64,000 bases of DNA from the human T2T-CHM13v2.0 reference genome, Homo sapiens (GCF_009914755.1 NC_060938.1), one strand, 5' to 3'; shown: positions 1 through 16,319, counted from the stretch's first letter. Made by a program: numbers and translations. The notes: generated by a model from the sequence alone, not told the origin.

Positions 1-173
1 TGTTTAGAGATGGTGCAGCTGGGGGGTGGAGGGGCATAAGACAGAGCCCAGGCTGTGCAATTTCAATTATTCTGATTGAAAGAAATAGGCCCAAGTTCAT
101 TTCCAGGCAATGTCTGCATCAAGGTGCACACTGCAACCTGTGCCCCCATCCAGAAAAACTCCCGATGTGATGA

Positions 174-579
<406 letters not shown>

Positions 580-1019
580 ATCTCCTTTTGTTCTGGGCTC
601 CCTGGGGCCCCACCTCCAAATGTTCCAGGCCTCTCAGAGGAGGGTACAGGAGATCAGCTGGCCCCACCCACTCCCGCTGGGCCCACCCCCTGCCCTCCCC
701 ACAACACACCACCCCATCTCACCCCTTCACTTGCTCATTCACCACCACCACTCCATTCTGATGCCACCAGAGGACCTCCCAAAGTCCAGAGTTCAGCAGG
801 CCCTTCCCCTGCCAAGACCTTCAGTGCTCTGGCCTGCCCTGGTCCTTTCAGATAAGGTCCAAGTGCCCTGAACAAGGGTCCAAGGCCTTCGTGGCCTGGC
901 CCCAGTGGCCCTCCGGACCTCCCCCTCCGCCCAAACTCCATGCTGTCCTAGAAGTCGGTGCGTTGAAATAAGCCTCTACTCAAGATCATCTTCTTTCCCC
1001 TTCTCCTAATTTGGTGTAT

Positions 1020-1157
1020 CTGAGCCCACTAGAATCGCTCATGAAGCTTTTTAAGAATGCCAGCGCCCAGATCCCACCCAAGACCAACTGAATCAGAACC
1101 TCAAGGCCCAGCACAGAATACCAGGTGATTCCATGCACAGCCAGAGCTGAGAACCAG
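1020..1157. mobile_element. MER5-like hAT-Charlie MITE fragment
   Basis: AGAATC...CCCACCCAAGACCAACTGAATCAGAA...CCAGGTGATTCCATGCACAGCCAGAGCTGAGAACCA matches MER5 motifs. Confidence 0.6.
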
Positions 1158-2756
1158 GGTTTCACATCCGACTTGCCCTTCGAGGCCAGGCAGGCTCATC
1201 ACCTCCTCCAGGAAGCCTTCCTGGTCTCTGTCTCCAAGTCTCTCACCACCCAAGGGTAAATGGGGACCCTTCCTCTGGGTTCCCTCTCTGAAAGCAGGTG
1301 TTGTAATAATCAGGGTCTCCCTGTATGGGGCGCTCCTGAGGGTCTAGTGGCTGGACCAGTAGGACGAAGCCCAGAGCCTGCCACAGAAGGTCTTCAGGGG
1401 TGTCCAGTGGGGTCTGTGTGGTGTGGATAAGCCCCCTACACACCACGATGTGCCATCAAGGGGAGCTGCAATCACAGATGCCCAAACAGTGGATCGGGGG
1501 CACAGGGTCTGCTCTGGTCCTACTCAAGCATCTGGAGCAAGTGTCCGGGACAGGAGCAAGGGACTGCAGGAATCTGGAGACTCCTAGCCAGCAAGGGCAA
1601 CAGGGAATCTTCCAGTCCAATGACAGGAGGCAGCAAAAAGTAGTTGGAAGAGCCAGGACCCCGGAGTTCCACCCAGCCGTGCCACTTACCAGCTGGGTTA
1701 CCCTGGCTGACTAACTCCGCCTTGCTGAGCCTGTTTCCTCATCTGGGAGGTGGGGTGGTTGTCCTCCACCTCCAGGGATTTGGGGAAGACTTCACCACAA
1801 GACCTATGTGAAGTGCCAGGCACAGTGCCTGCATGTCGTAGCTTCAGCGATGATGATGTCCCCGTGAATCCTGTCTTCTTTCACTGGGCTAGCTTTTCCT
1901 CTCTTCTTTAGAGTGCCCTTATAGAAGCTCAGACCGCTGGTGGTCTGCAGGCGGGTGCCATGCATCTGCTGCTCTTTCCTTTGCACGTTCAGGAGACTCC
2001 CATGGGGAGTGAGGTCAGCCTGTTCCCCTTTCGTTCACTTCGACTTGATGGTTTTCTCAAAAACACAATGGAACTGCTGGGCTGGAGATGTTCAGTTGGT
2101 CAGAAGGCTGTAGGCTGCTCAGGACCCACAGTATAATGGTGGTCTTGAAGGTTTATATTTTCTTAGATCATTAAGATGTTAGATGGCCTCATTTCTCAGG
2201 TGTGTTTCTAGCTCAGGTGTGTTTTGCTCTGGGCAAACACACTTCCATTCCAACCTGCATTTATTAACCACCAGTTGTATGCAAGGGCCATTGCTAGGGG
2301 ACCAGGAGGCCAAAGGAGCACATATATTTTGGTGGTTGTGCATTGGCAGTCTGTCTCCTCATTGGGAACATTGGTACCCCATGGGGGTGGGGTCACCAGA
2401 TGTGTTTGCACCCTGTCCCCAGGACACGGGGAACATGCAGTCACCAGGGCTCAAGATGCTGCTATGGAGCAGATGAGGCTAAACAGAAAACAGTACACAT
2501 TTCCTGGGTTTCAGTGAGAAACTAAAATGCTCATTCACAAAATCTCCTTCCACAATAAAAAGCCAAAGCTCAAAGACACATGTGTTTTTAAGGAGCGCTC
2601 AGCCTTCTCCCAAACATCAGTCATAAGGACAGCCACACCCCTGTTTCTTACCACTGTGTCTTGGTGATTTCTGAAATGTTTGTGGACAGTGAGGGCTTTC
2701 CTTTCCAAGGGACACCTGGACCTGATCCCAGGAAAGACTGCGAGCAGGACTGACCA

Positions 2757-2880
2757 CAGGAAAAAAATTAACCTGAATCCATACCTCACACCATATACAA
2801 AAATCAACTCAAAACGGATCATGGACTTACATGTAAAACCTAAAATTACAAATTTTCTAGGAGAAAATGTAGGAAACAAA
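2757..2880 (+). mobile_element. Old L1 (L1M) ORF2 fragment
   Basis: Translates to [38 protein letters not shown], matching L1 ORF2p [35 protein letters not shown]. Confidence 0.85.
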
Positions 2881-4006
2881 GTCACTATGGCCTCATTTTT
2901 CTGCCTCTGGGCATTTTCTCCGGCCATTCTCTCTACCTGGATTAACCTCTCCTTAAACTTTATGCATCAAGGTGTTACATGAATAATTTTTCTTTCAAAT
3001 CTCTAATTTTTCAAGATCCATGTCAAATATGATCTTTTCCACCGTCTCTGAACATTTCAGGTAGAATTTCTCTCTCCTGCTTCAAAATTTCTGAATCTGT
3101 TCTAGTTTTTCTGTATTTCTCATTCACTTTCTAGAATTTGTGGTATGGTATGAATATGTATGTCCTAATTTTCCTATAAGACAGGGAGCTCCTGTAAGGC
3201 AGAGAGCAGATCTAATTCATACTGCAATTTCTCGCAGTGCCTAACAAGGCATTGGACACAGAGGAGCATTTCCTGTGCTAACCTTTAGGAAGACTTACCA
3301 TATGCCAGGGGAGTGATGGAAGTGGAAGCATGGAACCCACCCATGTGTACTGCTGCTGAGATTTAAAGAGCTAGAAGCACACCTGAGAAATGAGGCCATC
3401 TAACACCTTAATGATCTAAGAAAATATAAATCTTTAAGACCACCATTATATTGTGGGTCCTGAGCAGCATACATTTGGGTAGTTCAACATATTTAGCCAC
3501 ACATCCAGTTTAGTGGGCCAATCAGTGCACACATGTAATGGGATTGTTTGATCACTCAAAAATTGCATTGGTCATTTTTATAATTATTCCTTATTTTTTT
3601 AATTCTGCCTCTATTTATTGCCATTATATCACTGAAACAGGAGCTTGGCCTCAGTTCTAACACTGCTTGACAAAAAAGTAATGTTTTAACATAAATCTAC
3701 ATCCAGGGAGGTAAGAAAACTGGCTTGCAGGACCTGGAAGAATTTTCTGGTGTAGAGTAGCCCCCAGGGAGGTGAATTCAACCATTCCCAACAAGATCTA
3801 GGGAATCAGAGGGGAGGAAGGGCCTAGAACTGGTATCCACTGATTTCCCCATTCAATAAATATTTGAATGTGCCAGGCTCTGAGGTGGGTGCTGGAAATG
3901 CTGCCAGCAGCACCACCCATCCTCTCCCTCGAGGAAATTTCAGTGCAACAAATATTTGAAAACCACAGTAAGCCCAGGATGCCCTGACCACACAAAGGAA
4001 GGCACT

Positions 4007-4389
4007 TGTATTAGTTCATTCTCATACTTCTATAAAGAGCTATCTGAAACTGGGAAATTTATAAAGAAAAGAGGTTTAATTGGCTCACAGTTCCTCAGAC
4101 TGTGCAGGAAGCATGGCTAGGAGGCCTCAGGAAATTTACGATCATGGCAGAAGGTGAAGGGGAAGCAGGCATGTCCTACATGGCTGGAGCAGGAAGAAGA
4201 GAGCCAAGAGGGAGGGGCCACACAATTTTAAACAACCAGATCTCATGAGAACTCACACACTATCACAAGAATAGCAAAGGGGAAGTCCACCCCCATGATC
4301 CAGTCACCTCCAACCAGGCCCCTTCTCCAACAATGGGGATTACAGTTCCACATGAGATTTGAGCAGGGACACAAATCCAAACCATACCA
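4007..4389 (-). mobile_element. MaLR solo LTR (THE1D/MSTA-like)
   Basis: TGTATTAGTT...AAGAAAAGAGGTTTAATTGGCTCACAG...ACAAATCCAAACCATACCA; 5-bp TSD GCACT/GCACC. Confidence 0.9.
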
Positions 4390-5345
4390 GCACCTAACTT
4401 AGGCATATAAAGAGGGAAGACTTCCTGAAAGAGGAGGCAACAAGTCTATAATCCAAGGAAGCCTATGATCCAATCAGACACAGGGAGAAATGTGCAGATC
4501 TTTCTGGGCAAAAGGCCACCTGCAGGAAAGCAGAAAGCCACTTTGGGCTCTTGAGAGAAGGACAGGGTCACAGCAACCAAGGATTGAATGAGCTACAAGT
4601 GGGAGCCGTCTGGAGCCAGAGGGCAATCAAATCAGTTCACAAAGGGCAAAGTGCAAAGGGCAAAGGGCCTAGGGTGTGGGGCTCAGCATTTGGGCTTTAC
4701 TTCAAAGGCAGCAGGGACTCTGAGAAGTCAGAATACACAAGAGAGTACCTCTGATGGGCTGCCCTGAGTGGGAGGAGCTAAGATCCCGTTTTCAGGATAG
4801 GGGAGGCTTATAAATGGATGGTGTGTGCAGGAGAGGTTCCCAGACAATAGTCAAATCCTCAGAAAACCAAATGTGAAATGCAAACTCAGATCAATGCCAG
4901 AAATACTAGTCAGGGGTTCTATGAGGACCTCAGGGGGTCAGGGAAATCTTCCCAGCTGCCCAAAGCAGTGGCATTTGGGCAGGGACCAAAGAGATGAGTG
5001 AAATACCTGAGAAATAAGCCTCCAGCCACAGGGAACAACATGTGCTAAGGTACTGGGTGGGGGGGCGGGGCCGCAGCTCTGGCCTCTGCTGGCCTCTCTG
5101 GGGTCGCCTTCTGCAAGCCCCATGACACCGCATGCCCATCTCCTTGCTGGTATTTCTCATTCCTGAAAAAATGTATATATTTGGTTTTCCCACTATATCA
5201 CAAGCTGTTTGAGTGCAGGGTCTAAGGGTGCTTTGGGTTTTTTATTTTGCGTGTTTGTTTGTCTGTTTTTATCTCTGGTTTCCTTCCACTACCTGGCATG
5301 TGGTAGGTACTCAGTGAGTGGGGATTCTCATATTAATAAATTAAT

Positions 5346-5580
5346 CTGGGGTTCCTCAGCCTTGACACTGTTGACGTTTGGGGCCGGATGCTCCCTTGTT
5401 GTGGGGACTGTCCTGTACATGGTAGAATGTTTAGCAAAATCCCCTGTTTTACCCACTAGATGTTAGCAGTGCACCCATGCACACACACACTCACACACAC
5501 CAGCGTGACAGCCAAAAATGTCTCTGGATATTACCAGGTGTCCCCTGAGAAGGAAAAATGCTTGCAGTTGTGAACCACTG
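5346..5580. mobile_element. MER20 DNA transposon
   Basis: GGTTCCTCAGCCTTGACACTGTTGACGTTTGGGGCCGGAT...CCAAAAATGTCTCTGGATATTACCAG...GTTGTGAACCACTG. Confidence 0.85.
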
Positions 5581-6104
5581 GATCAGTCCAACCCAAGCTT
5601 TGGCTTTTCCAGGCAAGGAAACTTAGGAACAGAGATGCTCTGATGGCCAGGCGTTTTCTCCTTTCTCCCTAGAGGACTTGAAGAGACAAGTAAACGGTTG
5701 GGAGAGAAGTGAAAGTAAAGCAAGAAGGAGAGGAAATGGGCCTCTAAGAACATGGAGACATTCTTGTCTTAACTCTTTTGCCAACATCAACTATTTAACC
5801 ACCGGAGTTGATTCTCATCTTGTAAATAAAAGGGAAGTGTTCACCCAATAACGTTCTCACTCTCAGGCATTAAAAAAGGCCTGGTCTCTCTCCAGACCCT
5901 GGGACAGGGTGGCAATTCTTGAGAGTCACCTGGTGCTTCTATGGGAGAGGAGGTCCCATCATGCCGCCCTGGTGGAAGCAGGGCAGTCATGACCCTGTCT
6001 CGGAAGCCTCAGCTAGTGCACTGAGCAAATGGAGGCAAGCTTGCTGAGAGGCTTTCTCACACTCGAGTTTTCCAAACTAGAGGAGAAAAACCGTAATTGA
6101 ATGG

Positions 6105-6330
6105 ATAAGAGTATAGACATGGGGCCATATTACATAGGTTTGGATTCTGGCTCTGCCACCCACTAGCAGTGCAACATTGGCTAAATTAAACAGCCTCTCT
6201 GAGCCTCAGTTTCCTTACCAGTAAAAAGGGCATAATTATGGTACCTCCCATGAGTTAATCGTGTACAGTCCTTAGCACAGTGAGGGCCAAGCACAGAGTA
6301 AGCACATGTATGTCACCTGCTGTTACTGTT
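6105..6330. mobile_element. MIR SINE
   Basis: CTGGCTCTGCCAC...CCTCTCTGAGCCTCAGTTTCCTTACCAGTAAAAAGGGCATAAT core. Many more MIR/L2 fragments occur throughout the window and are not all listed. Confidence 0.8.
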
Positions 6331-6518
6331 GCCTATACACACCAGCTCAAGAAAGTGGCTCTTCCCTGAAAGATCTAAAATGTTTTAAGAATGGTAAGAA
6401 GGCTGCATGACATGCTGGACTTGGGGAGACAGGAGGGGAGGAGAAGCCCAGGTCTGCCACATAATCTGCCTTCTAATTTCAGTTTCCTCATTGATGGAAA
6501 GGAGGTAATGAAACCTTC

Positions 6519-6885
6519 TGCAATGGACTGAATGTTTATGTCCCCCCAAAATTCATATGTTGAAATCCCATTCCCCTAAGGTGATAGTATTAGTAAGTGG
6601 AGAGTTTCAGAGATGATTAGGTCATGAGGGCAGAGTTCTTATGAATGGGATTAATGCTTTTATAAAACACACCCGAGAGAGCTCTCTCACCACTTCCACC
6701 ATGTGAGGACACAATGAGAAGGTGACTTCTATGAACCAGGAAGCAGACTCTCTCCAGACACTGAATCCGCTGCCACCTTGATCTTGGATTTCCCAGTCCC
6801 CAGAACCATGAGAAATAAAATTCTATTGTTTATAAGCCACCCAGTCTGTGGAATTCTTTCATAGCAGCCCAAATGGACTAAGACA
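6519..6885 (+). mobile_element. MLT1A-family solo LTR inserted in a MIR
   Basis: TGCAATGGACTGAATGTTTATGTCCCCCCAAAATTCATATGTTGAAAT...AATAAA...GCAGCCCAAATGGACTAAGACA. Confidence 0.9.
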
Positions 6886-6931
6886 CCACCCCTGCTTGCT
6901 TATCAAAGCTGTAGGAAGGGCCAAATGAGAT

Positions 6932-7156
6932 CAGCATTTTCTTAACATTTTTTTCTATAATCCACAATAAAAAATAGATACCAAATCCAGTACACACACA
7001 CATAATTGAACCAAAAATTTCACAAAACAATTATTACCTTTATTATGTATAATGTACTCTGATGCATTTAATTCTCTTTGATTTAACTTTTGGCACTTAA
7101 CAAAATTGGTCTTATGAGCTACTAATGAGTCATGACCTTCTATTAGGAAAACACTG
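6932..7156. mobile_element. Probable hAT-Charlie-type MER fragment
   Basis: AT-rich element bounded by CAGCATTTTCT / GGAAAACACTG inverted ends. Confidence 0.45.
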
Positions 7157-7229
7157 AATCTTAGAATAAATGGGAGATTAGTTGGTAAAAGTGCAGAGTG
7201 ATTATCAAGCATGAGTTTTCATGTTAGTA

Positions 7230-7755
7230 TTGAGTAATGTTCCAGTTAAATGTTACTGCATATCAAGTAACCCTAAAACTTAGTGGCTTAATAAACCAAC
7301 AATTTTTTTTATTAACTCTCACAGCTGAGAGGATTGATTGAGCACAGCTGGGTGATTCTCTCCTGAATCAGCTGAGGTCATCTGAAAGCTCAATAGGCTG
7401 GCCTCTAAGATGGTGCACTCAGATGGTGAAAGTCAATGCTGACTGTTAACGGGACTGTCTATGCATGGCTTCCCCATGTGGCTTGGATTTCTCGCAATAT
7501 GGTGGCTGGATTTGGAGGGAAAGCAAACCAAGAAGTCAGAAGCAAAACTGCCAGGCCATGAAGAGCCATGCCTGGACCTGGCACTGTGTCACTTCAGCCA
7601 TAGTCTATTGGTCAAAGCAGCCACAGCATCATCCCAGATTCAAGGAGGTGGAGAAATAGATCCACCTCTTGATGGAAGGGTGGCAAGGTCACATTGCAGA
7701 GGAGTTCATGGAATGGGAGACATGGCTGCCTCCATCACTGGAAAATGCAATCGGC
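7230..7755 (-). mobile_element. Older MLT1 solo LTR
   Basis: CCTAAAACTTAGTGGCTTAA...CTATTGGTCAAAGCAG...CCCAGATTCAAGGAG...TCCACCTCTTGATGGAAGGG. Confidence 0.8.
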
Positions 7756-9721
7756 CGAAATTGTTGATGGGGCAGGACCTTCTCAATCCCATCTCAACTC
7801 CATGACAGTGGGTAGGTCACTTCACCTGTCAGAGTCTCAGTTTTCTCAGCAGTGGAACAAGGGAATTGACTAAATATGTCAAAAGACCTTCCACCTTTAC
7901 AGCACTGCATTCAGAGTAAAGTTTGGGAATACATATCCACCATCTAACATTTTGTGCATTTGACATAGGCTAAAATCAATGCCTCTAACTCATTTTGATT
8001 CTCACTTTGTATTTTTGACAAGTCCTGAACATTTGCCATTGGCTTTAGGGTCAGAAAATTTGCCTCTTTTTCCTCCTATCAGCCTGGCAAAGTCGTATTG
8101 ACAAGATCCTTATGTGTTCTCCTTGCTTTTCACTCCTCAGAACCACCAAAACATGCACAAGATTCTGATTTGAGGTACCCATTTGGCCCAAACCAGACAG
8201 GCACACAATAAATATTTGCAGCCGGCAGGGTAACTTGTTCTCCATCGGTCTTGCACAAGCTACACAGGAAAGAAGCAAAACCCACTAGGATTTTATGAAG
8301 CATCATTTTGTCAGGCTTAGGAAAGGTGGAAAAGAAATGCCGCAGCAACAACCACAAAAAGAACATATCTGTCAGACTTCAAGATAATTCCAAATATAAA
8401 CCAAAACGACTGCTTTTCAGAGTGAATCATATTTCTCGGCCACTGAATCAAGAAGCTATAGGCACTTAAAGTATTTGAATCTGTTCTCCTTCTCCTTGGA
8501 TACAATCGCTAATCTTTCTTCCTTGCCTTCTTTCTTTTTTTCCTGGGGATGCAACCTGCTTACCTGGCACATAAAATACTCATATGATGACACCCAGGCT
8601 TTAGAGATTTCCATGAGAATCAGCAAACCTTATTTTAGCCCAATATAGAGAATGTGCAATGCATGGAGGGAACTCTGGACTGATTCCCCAGATAAGTCAT
8701 TTATTTCTTTCCTCAAAGAAAAATCCAATATTCTGAGATCAGATGCATATTGAAGCTTTGGTGGAAAGGAACCAGACAGGGGCTGGATTAACATGTTCCC
8801 ATCAACGTCTCCCCCACACAGTGATCTGTGAAGTGAAGGGAACCTCCGTGGTCGAATGTTCCATATTGGGCAGGAGCAGTGCCTCCCACACAGTCATTCC
8901 CACGGAAGGCACACACCATCCTGGGATGGGAAGCTTCCCTTCTTATCAGCACATTTGGTCTCTTAACTCAATGTCACTAAATAATGTGTCAGAGAGCTGA
9001 AGCCACCTGCACCCCAGGGCCCCTCCAGGTCTGTGCTCGCCTGCTGGACAGGGATGGGACAGGGGCTTCCATAGCTCTCCAGGGGAGGACAATGGCCAAC
9101 AGACAGCAAAACATCTGTGCCGATGTTTTGTCGTTACACAAACAAACACCCTGAATAAAACATTTCCACATTGTTAGGAAGATAACTCAATGGGTGCACT
9201 GGAGGAAACTTCTCCCCTCTTTTTAGGAATTAATTGAGTAAATCTTCGGATCGAGCAGATGTCTTTTGCCAAGGCAAGGACCCTAACGAGGCTGTGCCCA
9301 CTGGATGAGGAGTCCCCGTGGCCTCGCCTTTCCCATTTGAGAATCAGCGTCTTGGCGCTCCCCCGAAGTGTGCCTTCATGGCCCAAGCCTAGCAGCGGGA
9401 GGACAGGTGCCCCCACAAGAGTCCGGCCCCCCAGAAAAAACCCATCACAGGGCCCTCTCTCTGCTGGGGCAGTTTCCTTTCCCTTCACTTTGCAGTGTAT
9501 CCATTTCATTCTAGACAAAGTGGTGGGTTTGATGAGACAAGAACAAAGCGAAGAACAAAGCGGCAGAAAAAATCAGCTCAGGCCTGAGTCTGATCACTTA
9601 CCTCTCTGGTCTTCTATCTACTCACCTTGAAAATAGTGATCCTATTCCAGGCTGTGCCTACCACACAGGCTTACTGAAGGGATCAACCCTCACCCACACC
9701 AGAAAAAACATGCAAATCATA

Positions 9722-9836
9722 GGCAGCCCCCACCCAGGCCTACTGAATCAGACCCCCATGGAGAGAGCCTGGACATCTGTGCATTAGCAATTTTCCCCAG
9801 ATGATTCTAATATGCAGCCCTGGTTAAGAACCATAG
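9722..9836. mobile_element. MER5A-like fragment
   Basis: CCCACCCAGGCCTACTGAATCAGAC...CCCCAGATGATTCTAATATGCAGCCCTGGTTAAGAACCA. Confidence 0.75.
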
Positions 9837-10346
9837 TTTAATCCAACTCTCTTTTGAGAAGGCCAAACAGCTTTTAAAACCGCAAAGTTCCTGATAGCCT
9901 TCCCATCTCTGCTGTTATGAGAGTGCGGATTGGCCCCAGTTGCTAACGCTTTTAAACTCTCTGAGGAAAGAGTGGACCCCTGTGGATCCCTGGGTGTCCT
10001 CAAATGCTGATCAATTCACAAAACCAGGTCCCTGAGGGAACCTCCAAGAGCAGCTCATCCCCTCTCACCCTCTGGGCACTGTGGTCTGGTGTTGGCCTTA
10101 ATCACCTACAAAGAGGCATCATCTGTATCTGCCATCTACAGAGGAAGTGCTGTGCTGAGAGGTACTTACAGCCATGTGACTGTTCTAAATGGGAAAGTAT
10201 GAGGTCTTAAACACTCTGAAGGGAATAAGACAGTTTGGGGGAGACATGCATGGATGATTACCATATGCTGATCACCACACCAGACATCAGTGGTTAAGCA
10301 GTGGTGTCCACATGGTCCTGCTTCCAGGGGGACCACTAAGCAGATC

Positions 10347-10444
10347 GCACAGGAAATGCCCTAGTACTACACACTGGGGGATTTGTTTTCATGTTGCACA
10401 GGAAGTGTCCCAGCACTGCACAATGGGGGATTTGTTTCCAGGTT
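10347..10444. repeat. 49-bp tandem duplication (2 copies, 8 mismatches)
   Basis: GCACAGGAAATGCCCTAGTACTACACACTGGGGGATTTGTTTTCATGTT / GCACAGGAAGTGTCCCAGCACTGCACAATGGGGGATTTGTTTCCAGGTT. Confidence 0.9.
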
Positions 10445-11949
10445 GCACTCTGAGCAGGAAATATATCGTCATGACAAGATGGGTTCAATGGCTCTTACAT
10501 CACTTACTATCTAAGAACAGCAGTGATCCTGTAGAAACCATAGCACAGTCCTTATGTCAGAGGCCAGGGGATGACACATGGGTCAGAGGGAGAGAGAGAG
10601 AGCTGCAGGGTCACACGATCACCTCCAGCCCAGAAGCCATCAAGGGAAGCAGGGTCTCCTCTGGGGCCCTTAAAAAGGCAACTTTGTGAGGACATGTTAA
10701 CAAAGCAAAGCCTTCCCAAGACAAGCCTTGGAGTGAGAGGGTGATACCTGAGGGTGTAGGAGACAGAGCAGGAGACACATGGCAACAGATCCAGACAGGC
10801 CAGGGCTGTTCCCCCAGGCATACAATAGAAGGCTCCTTCCTGTCCTCCACAAGGGAGATAAGAGACCAAGAACAGAGGCCCCTGTTCTCCCTCCAGTGCT
10901 TCAAGTATATGAAAAGATGTGTGATGGTGACTGCAGACTCTGTCCCAGGGTGTGAGTGCACCTATGCTCAGCAAGTCTTTCCACCATCTTCCTCCAAGCC
11001 CTGGGCCAAGGAGCCCCCTTCCGATCTTCAGCAAGACCACCTGGCCCTTAGAGTCAGGATTCTGGTGTTTAAGATGGGTCATACAAGACACTTTGTCTCC
11101 TTAAGAATGTGGTCTCAACCAGACCCAGATCTGTCCCAAGTGTCCAATACAGTCCACAGGTTGTTCTGGCCAGAAATGTATGGTTGGCACCTTGTTCTGG
11201 AAATTCCTACATTGTCATAATTAGTCTTCCCTCCTGGTTGACTTTGGAGCAAATTTCAAGTCCATTTGAGAGGGTAATGGATTGGGAAGGCTGCTCGGCT
11301 TCGGGTCAACACGTCTACAGGCCACAGAAGTGAAGGAAGAGCAACACTCTCTCCTGCAGGGACCACACCTGGGCATTTACTAAACCCTCTCTCATCAACT
11401 GTCTCCCAGGAGCCTCAAGGTAGAATGAGTGCTACTATTGCATTTGCTGCTTTAGGGATGAAACACTGGGGCTCAGGGAGACTGTGAGTTGTTCAACATC
11501 ACAGGACTGGTGAGGGAGAAAGGAAGGACCTTGACCCAAGCCTTCCTCAAGGTCTTGCAGCCCTGCAGGAGCATGTGTGACCAAGAAGGACAGCAGCCAC
11601 CTATTGGGAACTTACTCTCAGGAACTACAGTAAACATCCTAGAAACACCAAATTCAACTCTCATAAGACATCAAAGAAATAAAATGCAGAGAGGCTAATT
11701 ATCTTCTCAAGGCCACACAGCCTGACCATAGCAGAACCAGTATCTGAAGACATCTGACTCCAGATGTGTTCATCTGTACCTATGCAACCTGTCTTAGCCT
11801 ATCTGACTCCAGAGCTCGGGAGATTCCCCCAACCTCTGCCCCCAAGCAATTTCCAAACTGCACTCTAGGAAGCGCTAAGTTTCCTCTGCAGAACCTCCAA
11901 CCAAGCACCTGATGGAATGTGGCGGCAGGCGGTTCACTATGACACTGTC

Positions 11950-14180
<2,231 letters not shown>

Positions 14181-14561
14181 CTGAGCTGAAAACAGAGATG
14201 CTCCACCTGGATCTCCCTTAACCAAAGGATTTGTTGGCCCAGCTACCAACAGCCAGCCTCCAGCTGTCATCCCCATGGGAGACTGCCTCAGCTGCAAAGA
14301 CCTGCGCCACCCAAGAGCACACTCTTCCCAGAGCACCCCCACCTGGCCACCCACTGAGACAGGAGCACATGGGACTGGCCATTCAGGCCTGATACAGACA
14401 GCACTACTGGGTCCCATACATTCCCCACAGGGCTGGCTAAAGTGTCAGCCTCCATCCAATCCTCCTTCCTCCCCTGCCCACCCATAGGTATTGATCACTA
14501 ATAAATACTCTGCCTGTCAAACTCCATTGCAGCATCTGCTTCCAACGAGGCTGACTTGCAA
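14181..14561 (+). mobile_element. LTR16-like 3' LTR of the ERVL element
   Basis: Follows a PPT-like AAGAGTGGACAC; contains GACTGCCTCAGCTGCAAAGA, AATAAA, and CAGCATCTGCTTCC near the end. Confidence 0.75.
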
Positions 14562-15129
14562 TTGCCGGGGGTCTGGAGGGGAGGCAGGACTCCACTGAGC
14601 TGCTGCACTTTTCCCAGTTTTAGATATTGGGGTATGTCTTAAATTGCATTTTTGAAAGGTCTCCACCGCAGGACTAGAAAGTTGCAAAGACTATTGCGTG
14701 GCATAGGACTTCCTCCTAATTGCAATATTCCTAAAGATAGGACATAGGAAGCAAGAGGAAAACAAAAGACGGGGAATGAAAAAGAGGGGAAAGAAGAAAG
14801 GTATCGGGGTCCTCATCATAGTACAAGGCTCTTTGGAATGCTCTGACCCCATACTGCCCTTTCTCCCACGGTTACACGCAGGTGCACATGCACAGACACA
14901 CACACACACATGCACACATGCAGGCATACCGATACACAAACACACACACTTTCTGCATTCAGCTTGTCTCTCCCCTAAGGGCAGGGAGAGTGTTGTATTC
15001 CTTTGAGTAGCACAGGTACAAGGCCCAAGCAAGGGACATAGCACTTGCTCAGTAAACGTTTGTTGAATGACCTGTAGTGAGCCGTTAAGAGGTTTGTGCA
15101 CAAGCATCTTTGAGCTCATAGATCTACAT

Positions 15130-15520
15130 TGCTTTTGATTACAGTAGCTCCAAAAGGAGTCTTGAAGTCAGGTAAAATGATTCCTCTTACTTTATTCTTT
15201 TTTTCAAAATTATTTTAGTTATTCTAGTTCCTTTGTTTTTCCATGTAAACTTTAGAATATAAAATCTTGATGTAATGTTGATAATGGTTGTATGAAACCT
15301 CTTTATCAATATGGGGAAAATGTATATCTTTATATTTTTATTGAGTCTCCCAACATATGACCACAGCATGTCCCTCCATTTATTTAGACCTCCTGTGATT
15401 TTTTTTAATCCACATTTTGTAGCTTTCAGTATAAACATTTTGTTCCAGTTTTGCTAGATTTACACCCAAGTATTTTTGAACATTTCTAAATGGTATTGTA
15501 TTTATAATAAATGGTATAAT
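15130..15520 (-). mobile_element. Old L1 (L1M) ORF2 fragment
   Basis: Minus-strand LNKWRDMLWSYVGRLN...ILKFTWKNKGTRITKIILKK is L1 ORF2-like. Confidence 0.85.
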
Positions 15521-15815
15521 AAATGGTATTGTATTTTCCATTTATAATAATAGTATAATGTCTCTATCTTAAACAAATGTATGTAGGAAAGTATGAATTG
15601 ATTTAAATAAAATTATTAAGTAAGACCAAGTGCACAGATAGGGCAAAAATTGTCATGTGTGACGCAGCTTGAGAAAGCCTGCACTGTATTACATATGCTC
15701 ACACTAACCCTGCCAGGTGGGTATTACTGGATGTGTTTTACACAGGAGGAAATTGAGGCTCAGAGAGATAAAGCATCTTGTCTAAGATCACACACAAAAT
15801 AAGCGTCAGAGCTGG

Positions 15816-16168
15816 TGTGTTAGTCCATTTTCACGCTGCTGATAAAGACATACCCAAGACTGGGAAGAAAAAGAGGTTTAATTGGACTTACAGTTCCACA
15901 TGGCTGGGAGGCCTCAGAATCATGGCGGAAGCTGAAAGGCACTTCTTACAAGGTGGTGGCAAGAGAAAATGAGGAAAGATGCAAAAGCGGAAACCCCTGA
16001 TAAAACCATCAGATCTCGTGAGACTTATTCTCTACCACAAGAACAGTATGGGGGAAACCACCCCCATGATTCAAATTATCTCCCACTGGTCCCTCCCACA
16101 ACACGTGAGAATTATGGGAGTACAATTCAAGATGAGATTTGGGTGGGGACACAGAGCCAAACATATCA
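15816..16168 (-). mobile_element. THE1 (THE1C-like) solo LTR inside a MIR
   Basis: TGTGTTAGTCCATTTTCACGCTGCTGATAAAGACATACCC...ACAGAGCCAAACATATCA; perfect 5-bp TSD GCTGG. Confidence 0.95.
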
Positions 16169-16318
16169 GCTGGGATGCAAACCCAAGCCCTCCCAGCCCC
16201 AGGGCCCCCTCAGCTTCAAATGTACCATGACTGTGGAAGGACAATGACAGGCAGACCATGTGAGGGAAGATATCAGAGAGATAGGAGAGGAAAGCTGGGG
16301 AAACAGGTAGGAAGAAAG

Positions 16319-16319
16319 A

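Noticed and set aside
5961-5978. CTCF-like CCACCAGGGCGGCA on the minus strand
   Set aside because: The core spacing deviates from the consensus, so it is not supportable without ChIP data.
10555-11095. Possible LTR-like element with long overlapping ORFs
   Set aside because: The family could not be recognised and the ORFs show no protein similarity.
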